The position numbers were made by a program, and so were the translations under genes. From positions 32,001 to 96,000 of the forward strand of contig CALSNU010000003.1 in assembly GCA_943787795.1 (NCBI GenBank): 64,000 nt of DNA, in the 5' to 3' direction. How positions within the stretch are numbered: position 1 is the first letter of the stretch; every line of letters starts with the position of its first letter. The notes beneath the pieces were generated by a model, which made no database searches, was not told the DNA's origin, and was given only the letters and a program-made list of their open reading frames with translations. This stretch comes from an uncultured bacterium (GTDB taxonomy: Bacteria; Planctomycetota; UBA1135; GCA-002686595). Below, one piece after another: positions 1 through 9,132 of the stretch.

Positions 1-1
1 G

Positions 2-169
2 GCCCTCGTGGCCTCAGGTGCGCTCGCCCTGGGTGTGCTCCTGGTGTTCCTGATGTCGCTCGGGGGGGGGGCCTCGGACCCGTCCGCGGCGAGGCCAGAT
101 CGAGGTCCGATCTTCGGCTATGTGGTGAAGGAGGCCCGTGGCCCTGGCCTGAAGCCCCTGGGGAACTAG
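2..169 (+). CDS. 3' end of a hypothetical membrane protein (partial, starts before the window)
   Basis: Open frame ALVASGALALGVLLVFLMSLGGG...KPLGN ending at TAG 167-169; contains a hydrophobic segment. Confidence 0.5.
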   Translation, partial: ALVASGALALGVLLVFLMSLGGGASDPSAARPDRGPIFGYVVKEARGPGLKPLGN

Positions 170-302
170 CGCGCGGACCTGCTCGCCAGCCGGCGGTCGA
201 GGCCGCCCGTCGCGGCGCCTCTCGGAGCGCTCCGCCGGGCCTGCTTCGACTCACAGGCGGCGCGGTTGAATCAGCCGGCGCGGGTCGTCACCCTCTCCCC
301 CT

Positions 303-1037
303 ATGGCACGGAACGCCCACGGGCCGCCCTTCGCGGCGGTCGTCTTTGACTGCGACTCCACGCTCTCCACCATCGAGGGGATCGAGGAGCTCACCGCTGA
401 GCATCCGGAGATCGCCGCGCTGACCGGGGCCGCCATGGAGGGACGGGTGCCCCTCGAGGAGGTCTACGGCCGTCGGCTCGAGCTGGCCGGTCCCGTCGCT
501 GCGGACATGGAGCGCATCGCGCTCCGCTACGCGGCGACGACCATCGAGGGGACCGCGGATCTGATCGCCGCGTTGCACCACCTCGACAAGTGCGTGGAGA
601 TCGTCTCCGGAGGGCTGCTGCCTGCCGTGCGCCCGTTCGGGGTCCAGCTCGGGGTGCCCTCCGCGCGGATCCATGCGGTGGACCTGAGGTTTGACAGCAG
701 CGGAGCCTACGTCGATTACGACCGGCGGTCCCTGCTGGCGCGGGCCGGCGGAAAGCGCGAGCTGCTCGAGGAGCGTTTTCCGGCGGGTGACGTGGCGCTG
801 GTGGGGGACGGCGCCACCGACCTCGAGGCCAAGGACGCGTGCGCGCGGTTCATCGCGTTCACGGCCGTGGAGCGTCGGCCCGACGTGGTCGCGGGCGCAG
901 ATGTCGTGGTGGACCGGGCGGACCACGCGGCCGTGCTGCCCCACCTGGTCTCTGTCGACGAGCTTGAGGTCCTCCGGGCCGTGCCGGGCGGCCGCTTCCA
1001 TGGCCTCTTGGCCCGCATGGACGGAGGCCAACCGTGA
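303..1037 (+). CDS. serB: HAD-IB family phosphatase, phosphoserine phosphatase-like
   Basis: FDCDSTL motif I, VSGG motif II, K in GGKRE, GDGATD motif IV; 'TGAAMEG...RRL' cap typical of PSP. Confidence 0.8.
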   Translation: MARNAHGPPFAAVVFDCDSTLSTIEGIEELTAEHPEIAALTGAAMEGRVPLEEVYGRRLELAGPVAADMERIALRYAATTIEGTADLIAALHHLDKCVEIVSGGLLPAVRPFGVQLGVPSARIHAVDLRFDSSGAYVDYDRRSLLARAGGKRELLEERFPAGDVALVGDGATDLEAKDACARFIAFTAVERRPDVVAGADVVVDRADHAAVLPHLVSVDELEVLRAVPGGRFHGLLARMDGGQP

Positions 1038-2158
1038 GGCCCGAGCTCTGGATCCCTGGACCGACCGAGGTCCGCGGGGACATCCTCTCGGCCATGGCGG
1101 CGCCCATGATCGGGCACCGCTCGGCGGAGATGCGAGCGGTGATCCAGGGGCTCGATCCCTACCTCGAGGCGCTCTTCGGGACCTCGGCGCCGTCTCACCG
1201 CGTCGCGGTCCACTCGTGCACGGCGACGGGCCTCATGGAGATGGCCCTGCGCGGGAGCGGGGAGCGCGTGCTCTGCCTCGTGAACGGGGCCTTCTCCCGG
1301 CGCTTCGCGACCATCGCGGAGGCGCTCGGGAAGGAGGTGGTGCGGATCGAGTCCCCGGCCGGGGCGCCGCCCGATCTCCTCGCCGCGCAGCAGCAGCTCT
1401 GCGGCGAGACCTTCGACGCGGTCACCGTCTGCCTCAGCGAGACCTCTACGGGGGTCGCGGTGACGCCCGCCGAGGTCTCGGATGCACTCGGGGAGCGAGG
1501 CGGGGCCATGCTCGTCGTGGACGCCGTCACCTACCTCGGAGCGGCCCCGATCGACGCGGCGGCCAACGGACTCGACTTCGTGCTGGCGGGGACCCAGAAG
1601 GCCCTCGCGCTGCCGCCAGGGCTGGGGCTGTATGCCGCCAGCGCGGCAATGCTCGAACGGGCCGCGGCCGCCCATGACCGGGGCTTCTTCCTCGATCTGA
1701 TCCGGATCACGGAGGCTCACGCTGACGGTCGTCCGCCAATGACGCCCACCATCTCCCTCCACCTGGCGCTCCTGCGGCAGCTCCAGGACATCGAGGCGGG
1801 CGAGGTCGAGCTGGAGCTGACCGATGAGGCCGCGGAGGACCTCGCGCAGCTCGACGGGTGGCAGCGCCGTTATCGGCGGCACGCCCGAATGCGTGACATG
1901 ACCGGCGAGTTCCTCGCCGCGCGGGGTCTCGCGCCCCTGGGAGGGCGGCCAGCCTCGCCCTCGGTGACGTGCGCACCGATCGGCGGGCGAGACGTCCCCG
2001 CCCTGCTGGAGCGCATGCTCGGCCGCGGCTTCCAGCTGGCGCCGGGCTATGGCGACCTCCGGGACACGACGATCCGGATCGGACACATGGGGGACCATGG
2101 AGTGGGGGCGCTGGCGGGGCTGCTCTCAGCCCTCGGCGCCGAGCTGGGCGCGGATTGA
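1034..2158 (+). CDS. PLP-dependent class V aminotransferase (alanine/serine-glyoxylate type; possibly phosphoserine aminotransferase)
   Basis: IPGPTEV, GHRS, NGAFS, ETSTG, VDAVT, TQKALALPPGL (PLP Lys), IRIGHMG; GTGA overlap with the upstream gene. Confidence 0.85.
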   Translation: MRPELWIPGPTEVRGDILSAMAAPMIGHRSAEMRAVIQGLDPYLEALFGTSAPSHRVAVHSCTATGLMEMALRGSGERVLCLVNGAFSRRFATIAEALGKEVVRIESPAGAPPDLLAAQQQLCGETFDAVTVCLSETSTGVAVTPAEVSDALGERGGAMLVVDAVTYLGAAPIDAAANGLDFVLAGTQKALALPPGLGLYAASAAMLERAAAAHDRGFFLDLIRITEAHADGRPPMTPTISLHLALLRQLQDIEAGEVELELTDEAAEDLAQLDGWQRRYRRHARMRDMTGEFLAARGLAPLGGRPASPSVTCAPIGGRDVPALLERMLGRGFQLAPGYGDLRDTTIRIGHMGDHGVGALAGLLSALGAELGAD

Positions 2159-2219
2159 GCGCGAGGCGAGCACTTCTGCCGGCAGGGCGACTGGCGGTGT
2201 GCTAAAACTTGCACCGGAC

Positions 2220-2319
2220 GGGAGTGGATCGGTGCTGGTGTGCCGCCCGGTCTTCAAAGCCGGTTAGGGCCTCGTGAACAGCGTGGGCCGGTGGGTTCGA
2301 TTCCCATGCACTCCCGCCA
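2220..2319 (+). tRNA. selC: tRNA-Sec (anticodon UCA)
   Basis: GGGAGTG/CACTCCC acceptor, 6-bp D stem CGGTGC-TGGT-GTGCCG, anticodon arm CCGGT-CTTCAAA-GCCGG, long variable arm, T arm GTGGG-TTCGATT-CCCAT, G discriminator and encoded CCA. Confidence 0.93.
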
Positions 2320-2360
2320 TTCAATTTCACCTCCTCCTCTCTGCCGGGGTGCCTTGTTGC

Positions 2361-2420
2361 AGCCTGAGCCTGAGCCCGAGCCTGATCTTGCCGAGCCTGA
2401 GCCTGAGCCTGAGCCTGAGC
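2361..2420. repeat. Hexamer tandem array (GAGCCT)n, about 10 units, some degenerate
   Basis: Read directly downstream of selC. Confidence 0.85.
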
Positions 2421-2519
2421 GCGGATGAGGGCGCCACTGGTGAAGTTCGTCCCCGCCGCGCGGCGCCGGCCACCTACCTTGTGCCCGGAGCATCGATTCG
2501 GGGGACGGGGGTCGGCCCC

Positions 2520-2579
2520 GTCTGAATGGACTTTGTCTGAATGGACTCCGCTGGAATGGAGTACGCCTGAATGGACTCT
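2520..2579. repeat. 15-bp tandem repeat x4 (consensus GTCTGAATGGACTYY)
   Basis: Units start at 2520, 2535, 2550, 2565. Confidence 0.8.
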
Positions 2580-2691
2580 CTGTCTGTCCCCATGGCGGCC
2601 TTGCTGACTGGTCCTCTGACAGGCTCTCTGACTGCCCCCTGATCAGCGCCCCCGATCCGCCAGGTCCTGCCCGCCCTCTGCCACTCACTCG

Positions 2692-3600
2692 ATGACCGTC
2701 AACGCACATCCCGCCAGCCAGCGCGGCGTGGATCAGATGGACCTGCCCTGGTCGCTGCGCGCCATGCAGCTGGGCTTTCGGGTGCTCCGCCTCGTGTCCA
2801 GGCGCGCCGCCGGCCGCCTGGCGCTCCACCTCTTCGTGACGCCGCGGAGACACACGCCGCCGGCTCGCGAGCTGGAGGTGCTGGCGCTCGGTGAGCGGTT
2901 CAGCGTTGCGCACCGCGGGCGGAGCCTCGCGGCCTGGCGCTGGAGCCGGGAGGAAGGCACAGCCGAGCGGGGAACCGCGATCCTGGTGCACGGCTGGGAG
3001 GGCCGGGCGGGGCAGCTCCACGGCTTCGTCCAGCCGCTCCGGAGAGCAGGGTTCGATGTGGTCGGGTTTGATCACGTGGGGCACGGCGAGTCCGACGGGA
3101 AGCGGTGCTCGCTTCCGACCATGCGTGACGCCCTGCGCGCCGTGGCGGAGCAGTCGTTGGGAGGCGCCGAGGCGGGGCCCGCCTGCATCGTGGCCCACTC
3201 CATGGGGACCTTCGCCACGAGCCTGCTCCTCGCCGAGGGGTGGCGCGACACGCGGGCGTGCTACATCTCGCCGCCGGACGACCTGCTGGTCTACTTCTCC
3301 CACTACCTCAAGCTGATCACCGGCTCCGATGACCTCTTCGATGATCTCATCGGGCTCATGGAGGAGCGCTTTGACGAGCGGGCGGAGGAGTTTGAATTCA
3401 GGCGTCTCGTGGAGGTCTTGGATCAGCCGCTGCTCGTGCTGCACGCCGTCGACGACCAGGACGTTCCGATCGACGCCGGCCGATTCGTCGCGGCCCACTG
3501 GCCGGGGGCGCAGATGGTCGAGCTCGAGGGGCTCGGGCACCGTCGAATCCTGCGGGATCCAGGCGCGATCGGGGCGGCTGTGACGTTCCTCACAGAGTGA
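2692..3600 (+). CDS. Alpha/beta hydrolase
   Basis: LVHGWEG, GHGESDG, AHSMG nucleophile elbow, DQDVP acid, GLGHRRIL His. Confidence 0.88.
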   Translation: MTVNAHPASQRGVDQMDLPWSLRAMQLGFRVLRLVSRRAAGRLALHLFVTPRRHTPPARELEVLALGERFSVAHRGRSLAAWRWSREEGTAERGTAILVHGWEGRAGQLHGFVQPLRRAGFDVVGFDHVGHGESDGKRCSLPTMRDALRAVAEQSLGGAEAGPACIVAHSMGTFATSLLLAEGWRDTRACYISPPDDLLVYFSHYLKLITGSDDLFDDLIGLMEERFDERAEEFEFRRLVEVLDQPLLVLHAVDDQDVPIDAGRFVAAHWPGAQMVELEGLGHRRILRDPGAIGAAVTFLTE

Positions 3601-3656
3601 AGCTCGGCTAGCGCTTGCGTCCCCGTGAATCGTGTCCCACGGTACCTCTACAACAC

Positions 3657-5315
3657 ATGCACTCGATCACCAAGCTCGCCTGCCTCGCCGCTGCCTCGAT
3701 CCTCTTCTTTGTGGGGAGTGGCGTCGTCCCGGCGTCCGCTGGGTCCGCAGCTGGGTCCTCAGCTGGGTCCTCAGCTGGGGCGCCGATGGCCGCAGCGTCG
3801 ACCGCGGCGGTGCCCTCGACGCCGGGCCGGATGGCCAGCGTTCAGCCAGCCCTGCCCCAGGCGGCCGAGCCAGGGTCTCAGGTCGCGCCGGATACGGTGC
3901 TGATCATGCGGGTCGACGGCGCGATCGACGCCGGACACCAGGCGCTCTTCCGCCGGGCCGTCGTGACCGCCAAGGCCTCCGGGTCAGCGCTGATCGTCGC
4001 CTTCGACACCCCGGGCGGGGAGCTGACCCGGATGCGCCAGTTTGCCGGAGCGATCGACGCCGCCGTGAACGACGGGGTGCGGGTCATCGGCTGGGTGGAT
4101 GACGAGGCCCTCTCCGCGGGAACCTGGCTCGCGATCGCCTGCCAGTCCCTCTACGTGCGCGAGCGCTCCTCCATCGGCGCCGCCCAGGCCGTGCAGCTCA
4201 CGCCCACCGGCATGGTGCCGGCCGGCGAGAAGATCGCCTCGGCCTACCGGGCGTGGGTGCGAGGGTGGGCGAAGACCCACGGGAAGAACGAGCTGCTCGC
4301 GGAGGCGATGATCGACCCGGGGACCGAGGTGCGTCGGGTTCGCATCGATGGCATCGAGCAGGACATCAGCGGGAGCCGATGGGACGACCTCGTGGCCCAG
4401 GGCGAGGCGCCAGAGCTGATCCGAACGGTGGTGCCCGAGGGCACCCTGTTGGCGCTCACCGGCGCCGAGGCCATCGAGTTCGGGTTCGCGGACGCCATGG
4501 CCGAGACCACCGAGTCGCTGCTCTCGAAGGAGGGGTTGGCGGGGATGCCCCTCGAGCCCCTCGACAAGACGCGCTCCGAGGACCTCCTGGCCTCGCTGCA
4601 CGGCATGCGGCTGCTGCTGCTCTTCCTCGGCCTGTTCTTCGGGTACGTCGAGCTCAAGGTGCCGGGGTTCGGGATCCCCGGGGGCCTCTCGATCCTGTGC
4701 TTCATTGGCCTCTTCGTCGGCCAGTACCTGATCGGGCTCGCAGATATCCCGCACGTGGTGCTGGCTGCTCTCGGGGTCGTGCTGGTCGGGACCGAGATCT
4801 TCGTGGTGCCGGGGATGATCTGGCCAGGCCTGGTGGGGGCGACCTGCCTGGTGGTGGGGCTGCTCATGAGCCAGGTGGGACCAGACCTCTCCATGGGGGA
4901 TGCCTGGGACCGCCAGCTCCTCTTCGACGCGACCTATCAGCTCGTGGCCACCGCCGCCGCCGGCGTCTTCGCCATCTGGACCCTCTCTCGCTTCCTCCCG
5001 CAGACCCCCGTTCTCGGTCGCATGGTGCTCGCTGGCGCCGGCGGGGTAGCTGACGCCATGCCCGAGGCCAGGGACGAGAGCCGCCTCCAGCACGCGCGGC
5101 CCGGCGCCCTGGGCACGGCCTCCACCGATCTCCGCCCGGTGGGCAAGGTGGCCCTCGACGGCGACGAGGAGGGCACCTACCACGAGGCGCGCCTCGAGGG
5201 CGGCACCCTCGCGCGGGGGGACCGGGTGAGGGTGATCGAGGTGAACGCTGGGCGGCTGGTCGTCGAGTCGGTCGGTGCGGAGTCCGCTGACGAAGCTGAG
5301 GAGACCAGGCCGTGA
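3657..5315 (+). CDS. nfeD: NfeD-family membrane-bound ClpP-like serine protease (long form)
   Basis: Signal peptide, DTPGG, ALSAG (Ser) and GEKI (Lys) dyad motifs, ELKVPGFGIPG and EIFVVPG TM motifs, C-terminal OB domain DLRPVG; start moved to ATG 3657. Confidence 0.85.
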   Translation: MHSITKLACLAAASILFFVGSGVVPASAGSAAGSSAGSSAGAPMAAASTAAVPSTPGRMASVQPALPQAAEPGSQVAPDTVLIMRVDGAIDAGHQALFRRAVVTAKASGSALIVAFDTPGGELTRMRQFAGAIDAAVNDGVRVIGWVDDEALSAGTWLAIACQSLYVRERSSIGAAQAVQLTPTGMVPAGEKIASAYRAWVRGWAKTHGKNELLAEAMIDPGTEVRRVRIDGIEQDISGSRWDDLVAQGEAPELIRTVVPEGTLLALTGAEAIEFGFADAMAETTESLLSKEGLAGMPLEPLDKTRSEDLLASLHGMRLLLLFLGLFFGYVELKVPGFGIPGGLSILCFIGLFVGQYLIGLADIPHVVLAALGVVLVGTEIFVVPGMIWPGLVGATCLVVGLLMSQVGPDLSMGDAWDRQLLFDATYQLVATAAAGVFAIWTLSRFLPQTPVLGRMVLAGAGGVADAMPEARDESRLQHARPGALGTASTDLRPVGKVALDGDEEGTYHEARLEGGTLARGDRVRVIEVNAGRLVVESVGAESADEAEETRP

Positions 5316-5797
5316 CGCAGACCATCCTCCTCTTCAGCGGCGGGTTGCTCCTCGTGCTGCTCGAGGTCTTCGTTCCGAGCGGAGGCATCCTTGGCCTGCT
5401 CGCGGCCCTGGCGCTGATCGGATCCATGGTCCTCGCGTTCATGGAGGACTTCACCGTCGGCTTCACGCTGCTCGCGGCGACGGCCGTATTGGTGCCCCTG
5501 ATCGTCACCTACGGGCTGCGCGTCTTCCCGAAGACGCCCATCGGGCGCAAGCTCACCGCCCGCGGCTTCAGCTTCGAGGACGGTCGCGCGGTGGATCGCC
5601 GGGACGCCACGCTCCTCTCCAAGACGGGCGTCGTGGAGGCAGACCTCCGTCCCGCGGGGATGGCGCGCATCGACGGCCGTCGCGTGGACGTGGTGAGTCG
5701 CGGCGAGCCCATCGAGAAAGGCGCGCCCATCGTCGTCGTCGAGGTCTCGGGCAACCGGGTCATCGTGGCCCGGGACTCCGCACACCAAAGCTCATGA
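5312..5797 (+). CDS. Short NfeD-like protein (TM helices plus OB fold)
   Basis: [40 protein letters not shown] overlap with nfeD. Confidence 0.85.
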   Translation: MTQTILLFSGGLLLVLLEVFVPSGGILGLLAALALIGSMVLAFMEDFTVGFTLLAATAVLVPLIVTYGLRVFPKTPIGRKLTARGFSFEDGRAVDRRDATLLSKTGVVEADLRPAGMARIDGRRVDVVSRGEPIEKGAPIVVVEVSGNRVIVARDSAHQSS

Positions 5798-5849
5798 CAG
5801 GGACGGGCCCTGCCCTCCTGCCTCAGATTCGTCTCTCTCAACCCCACCC

Positions 5850-6905
5850 ATGCACTACTCCCAACTCGCGCTCATCGTCGCGGCCGGCGACGAGCCCAGC
5901 ATCCTCAAGGTCATCGGCCTCGTCGTGCTCGGCCTGTTCCTGATCGGCTTCCTCGTCCTCTTCCTGCGCTATGCCAAGCTGTACATCCAGTCGGTGCTCT
6001 CCGGCGCGGGCGTCGGGCTGTTCGACATGCTCGCCATGAGCCTGCGGAAGGTCGACCCCTCCGTGATCGTGGTGGGCCGGATCAACCTGGTGCAGTCCCG
6101 CATTGACGGGATCTCCGCCACGGATCTGGAGGCCCACTACCTGGCGGGCGGCAACGTCCCGCGCGTGGTCAGCGCGATCATCTCGTCGAACCGGGCTGGT
6201 CTCGACCTTGACTACAAGGCGGCGACGGGCATCGACCTCGCCGGCCGTGACGTGCTGGACGCCGTCAACACGTCGGTCACGCCCAAGGTCATCGACTGTC
6301 CGGACCCTGCGAAGGGCAAGAGCGAGGTGGCCGCCGTCGCCAAGGACGGCATCCAGGTGCTGGCCAAGGCGCGCGTGACCGTGCGGACCAACATCGCTCG
6401 CCTCGTCGGCGGCGCCGGCGAGGAGACGATCATCGCCCGGGTGGGTGAGGGCATCGTCTCCACCATTGGCTCCATGGACACCCACAAGCACGTGCTCGAG
6501 AACCCCGACGAGATCAGCAAGACCGTGCTGAACCGCGGCCTCGACGCGGGCACGGCCTTCGAGATCGTCTCCATCGACATCGCCGACGTGGACATCGGCC
6601 ACAACATTGGCGCCCGGCTCCAGGCGGACCAGGCCGAGGCGGACAAGCGCGTGGCCCAGGCCCTCGCCGAGAAGCGGCGGGCCATGGCCGTCGCGGCGGA
6701 GCAGGAGTTCAAGGCCGGCGTGCAGGAGAACCGTGCCAAGGTCGTCGAGGCCGAGGCTCAGGTCCCCCTGGCCATGGCCGAGGCCCTCAAGTCCGGCAAC
6801 CTCGGGGTCATGGACATGCTCCGCCTGAAGAACCTGGAGTCTGACACCACCATGCGCCGGAGCATCGGCGGCGAGGCTGGCGGAGGCTCGAACCCCACCT
6901 CGTGA
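5850..6905 (+). CDS. floA: Flotillin-like protein FloA (YqfA)
   Basis: [63 protein letters not shown]. Confidence 0.95.
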   Translation: MHYSQLALIVAAGDEPSILKVIGLVVLGLFLIGFLVLFLRYAKLYIQSVLSGAGVGLFDMLAMSLRKVDPSVIVVGRINLVQSRIDGISATDLEAHYLAGGNVPRVVSAIISSNRAGLDLDYKAATGIDLAGRDVLDAVNTSVTPKVIDCPDPAKGKSEVAAVAKDGIQVLAKARVTVRTNIARLVGGAGEETIIARVGEGIVSTIGSMDTHKHVLENPDEISKTVLNRGLDAGTAFEIVSIDIADVDIGHNIGARLQADQAEADKRVAQALAEKRRAMAVAAEQEFKAGVQENRAKVVEAEAQVPLAMAEALKSGNLGVMDMLRLKNLESDTTMRRSIGGEAGGGSNPTS

Positions 6906-7804
6906 TGCTGTCGGTCCCTCGGTTCCTCGCCGCGCTCCCCGTTCAGGGGGGCGTCGGCTTTGACGTCGACAACCTCGTCGGCCTGGCCATCGTGTTCTTC
7001 GCGGTGATCTGGCCGGTCATTCGCGGCCTGTTGAACGTCGCGAAGTCCAACCGACAGGACTTCCAGGCGAGGTCCAAGCGCGGGGTGAACTCGAGTCAGG
7101 CGAGCTCGAGTCGGTCGAGCGCGCTGGAGGCCTTCCTTGAGGGACTCCGTGAGGAGGACGACGAGGAGACCCCGCGCGTGGACCGCGCCGCGGAGCGCGC
7201 CCTTAGGCGGAGCGAGGAGCGGGAAGAGGAGCTGCGTGCACAGCAGGCCCGGAGGGAGCGGGCCCAGCTGGAGCGGACACAGCTGGAGCGGACACAGCGG
7301 AAGCGCTCGCGGCAGGAGCGGCTGCGGGCGGCGCCCTCGGCTGACCCCTTCGAGTCTGCAGCTGACCGGCAGGAGGCCGCGGCGTCGTCAAGGGAGGTCC
7401 CCGAGGCGTCCGGAAGTGCCTTCGACGCGCCCTCGAGCGCCCGAGCCTCCAGCGCCCGAGCCTCCAGCGCCCGAGCCTCCAGCGCCATGGAAGCGGTGGA
7501 CGGCTTCGACGTCTCGATCAACGACGAGCTCGTTGAGGTCCCGAGTGAGGACGATCTGGAGGAGGGGAAGTTCGGGTTCTCCGCCGGCGCGGGCCGGGAG
7601 AGGTCCGAAAGGGAGCCGGATGAGGAGGGGCTGGAGGTCCTCGAGGGCGCCGGAGAGCGCGCTGCGTTCGCGCTGGACAAGGTGAAGCGGTCTCCCCTGG
7701 AGCGAGTCCAGGGTGGACGATCACCCTGGCAGTCCGCCATCCTCATGAAGGAGATCCTCGGCTCGCCGATCTCAGTCTCGCCCCACAACGACCAGCTGCT
7801 CTGA
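6902..7804 (+). CDS. Hypothetical protein in the YqfB position (N-terminal TM, acidic/coiled linker)
   Basis: Overlaps the floA stop; C-terminal [11 protein letters not shown] resembles the tail of proteins encoded after floA. Confidence 0.7.
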   Translation: MMLSVPRFLAALPVQGGVGFDVDNLVGLAIVFFAVIWPVIRGLLNVAKSNRQDFQARSKRGVNSSQASSSRSSALEAFLEGLREEDDEETPRVDRAAERALRRSEEREEELRAQQARRERAQLERTQLERTQRKRSRQERLRAAPSADPFESAADRQEAAASSREVPEASGSAFDAPSSARASSARASSARASSAMEAVDGFDVSINDELVEVPSEDDLEEGKFGFSAGAGRERSEREPDEEGLEVLEGAGERAAFALDKVKRSPLERVQGGRSPWQSAILMKEILGSPISVSPHNDQLL

Positions 7805-7813
7805 ACCCTGACC

Positions 7814-8308
7814 ATGGCACGACGCCCCGCACACTGGCTCATGAAGTCCGAGCCCGACGTGTACTCCTACGCGCAGCTGGAGGCCGCGCCCAAGCAGACA
7901 ACGCTCTGGGACGGCGTCCGCAACTACCAGGCGCGGAACATGATGCGGGACGAGATGAAGGTGGGGGACCTGATCCTCTACTACCACTCCAACACCAAGC
8001 CGCCCGGCGTCGCCGGCGTCGCGCGGGTCGTGGGGGAGGGTTACCCGGACCCCACTCAGTTCGACCCCAACGACTCCCACTTCGACCCCAAGAGCCAGGA
8101 GGACAATCCCCGCTGGTTCGTGGTCGACATCAAGGCCGTGGCGCCCCTGCGGACTTACGTCTCGCTCGACGACATCAGGGCCAACGTCAAGCTGGCTGAC
8201 ATGGCCGTGGTGCAGCGTGGCCAGCGCCTCTCGGTGCAGCCAGTGGCGCCTGCGCACTTCCGCGAGGTGCTGCGAATGGGCGGCCTCAAGGGCGCTGACC
8301 TGTCCTGA
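7814..8308 (+). CDS. EVE domain protein
   Basis: WLMKSEP, WDGVRNYQARN, YYHS, YPDPTQFD, RLSVQPV. Confidence 0.95.
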   Translation: MARRPAHWLMKSEPDVYSYAQLEAAPKQTTLWDGVRNYQARNMMRDEMKVGDLILYYHSNTKPPGVAGVARVVGEGYPDPTQFDPNDSHFDPKSQEDNPRWFVVDIKAVAPLRTYVSLDDIRANVKLADMAVVQRGQRLSVQPVAPAHFREVLRMGGLKGADLS

Positions 8309-8330
8309 GGGGCCAGGAAAGGGGGTCGAA

Positions 8331-8354
8331 CGACCTGTCGATGGCGATAGGTCG
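8331..8354 (+). terminator. Hairpin after the nfeD-floA-EVE operon
   Basis: CGACCTGTCG-ATGG-CGATAGGTCG, 10-bp stem; no clear U tract. Confidence 0.4.
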
Positions 8355-8596
8355 AGATGGACTCAAGGTGTTTCTTGGCAGTCGCTTACGCGTCTTTGGC
8401 GTGATCGACGCACCCCCCTGGGGAGGTCCTGAGGGCGCTTCTCTCTTGATCCCGAGCGCCTTCTGTGTCCACCTGTGGCGGTCGGGAACGGCCCCAGGTG
8501 GCCTGCCCCCATGGTTCCAGCGCTTCACCTGGACTCCCTCTCCCGCTCCCGGGCATCCCTGCACGGAAGCCTTTCCCCCAAGCCCCAAATTCAACG

Positions 8597-8785
8597 ATGA
8601 GCCAGAACTACGATCAGATGGTGGAGGCTATTTCGGCCTGCCGCGAGGACGTCGAGAAGGCCGAGGCCGGCAACAAGGCCGCCACCTCCCGCGTCCGCAA
8701 GTCGATGCAGGACATCAAGGCCCTTGCCCAAGAGCTCCGCAAGGAAATGCTCGAGCTCCGCGACTCGGGCGGCGCCCAGGGCTGA
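8597..8785 (+). CDS. Histone H1-like (Hc1 family) small protein, 62 aa
   Basis: DVEKAEAGNKAATSRVRKSMQDIKALAQELRKE matches the GNKAAxxRxRK signature; start ATG 8597. Confidence 0.85.
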   Translation: MSQNYDQMVEAISACREDVEKAEAGNKAATSRVRKSMQDIKALAQELRKEMLELRDSGGAQG

Positions 8786-8805
8786 GCCTCAGCTCCTGGA
8801 CTTCT

Positions 8806-8845
8806 GCAGGGAGCGCCCTCCGGTCCACGGAGCGGCGCTCCCTGC
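8806..8845 (+). terminator. Strong hairpin between the convergent Hc1-like gene and mqnD
   Basis: GCAGGGAGCGCC (8806-8817) pairs perfectly with GGCGCTCCCTGC (8834-8845); inner CTCC/GGAG stem. Confidence 0.55.
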
Positions 8846-9132
8846 GTCATTGATGGGCATCTACCGACGGCCCCGCCGATGCCCGCTAGCGCCGACCAGC
8901 ACCCGCCGGGCGTCGCACCACCACCACGGCCCCCGTGCGCCCTGCAGGTGCTGACGTCTCCAGGGTCTGCCGACCCGCATCGCGCGGCCGCCGGCGTCAT
9001 CGCGGCTTGGCTCGGCTCGGCGGGCGGCTCGCCGAACGGGGTCGCGTCTCGGACGGACAGGCCGCTCGGCCGGTGGGGCGCCAGGGGAGACCGGATTGCC
9101 CGAGAAGACCGGATGGCCTGAGAGGAGAGGGA

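Noticed and set aside
1034..2158. SelA or SepSecS because of proximity to selC
   Set aside because: Motifs are those of AGT/SPT class-V aminotransferases.
2296..2700. Genomic island integrated at selC
   Set aside because: No integrase follows and I saw no duplicate of the tRNA 3' end in the window; flanking genes look chromosomal.
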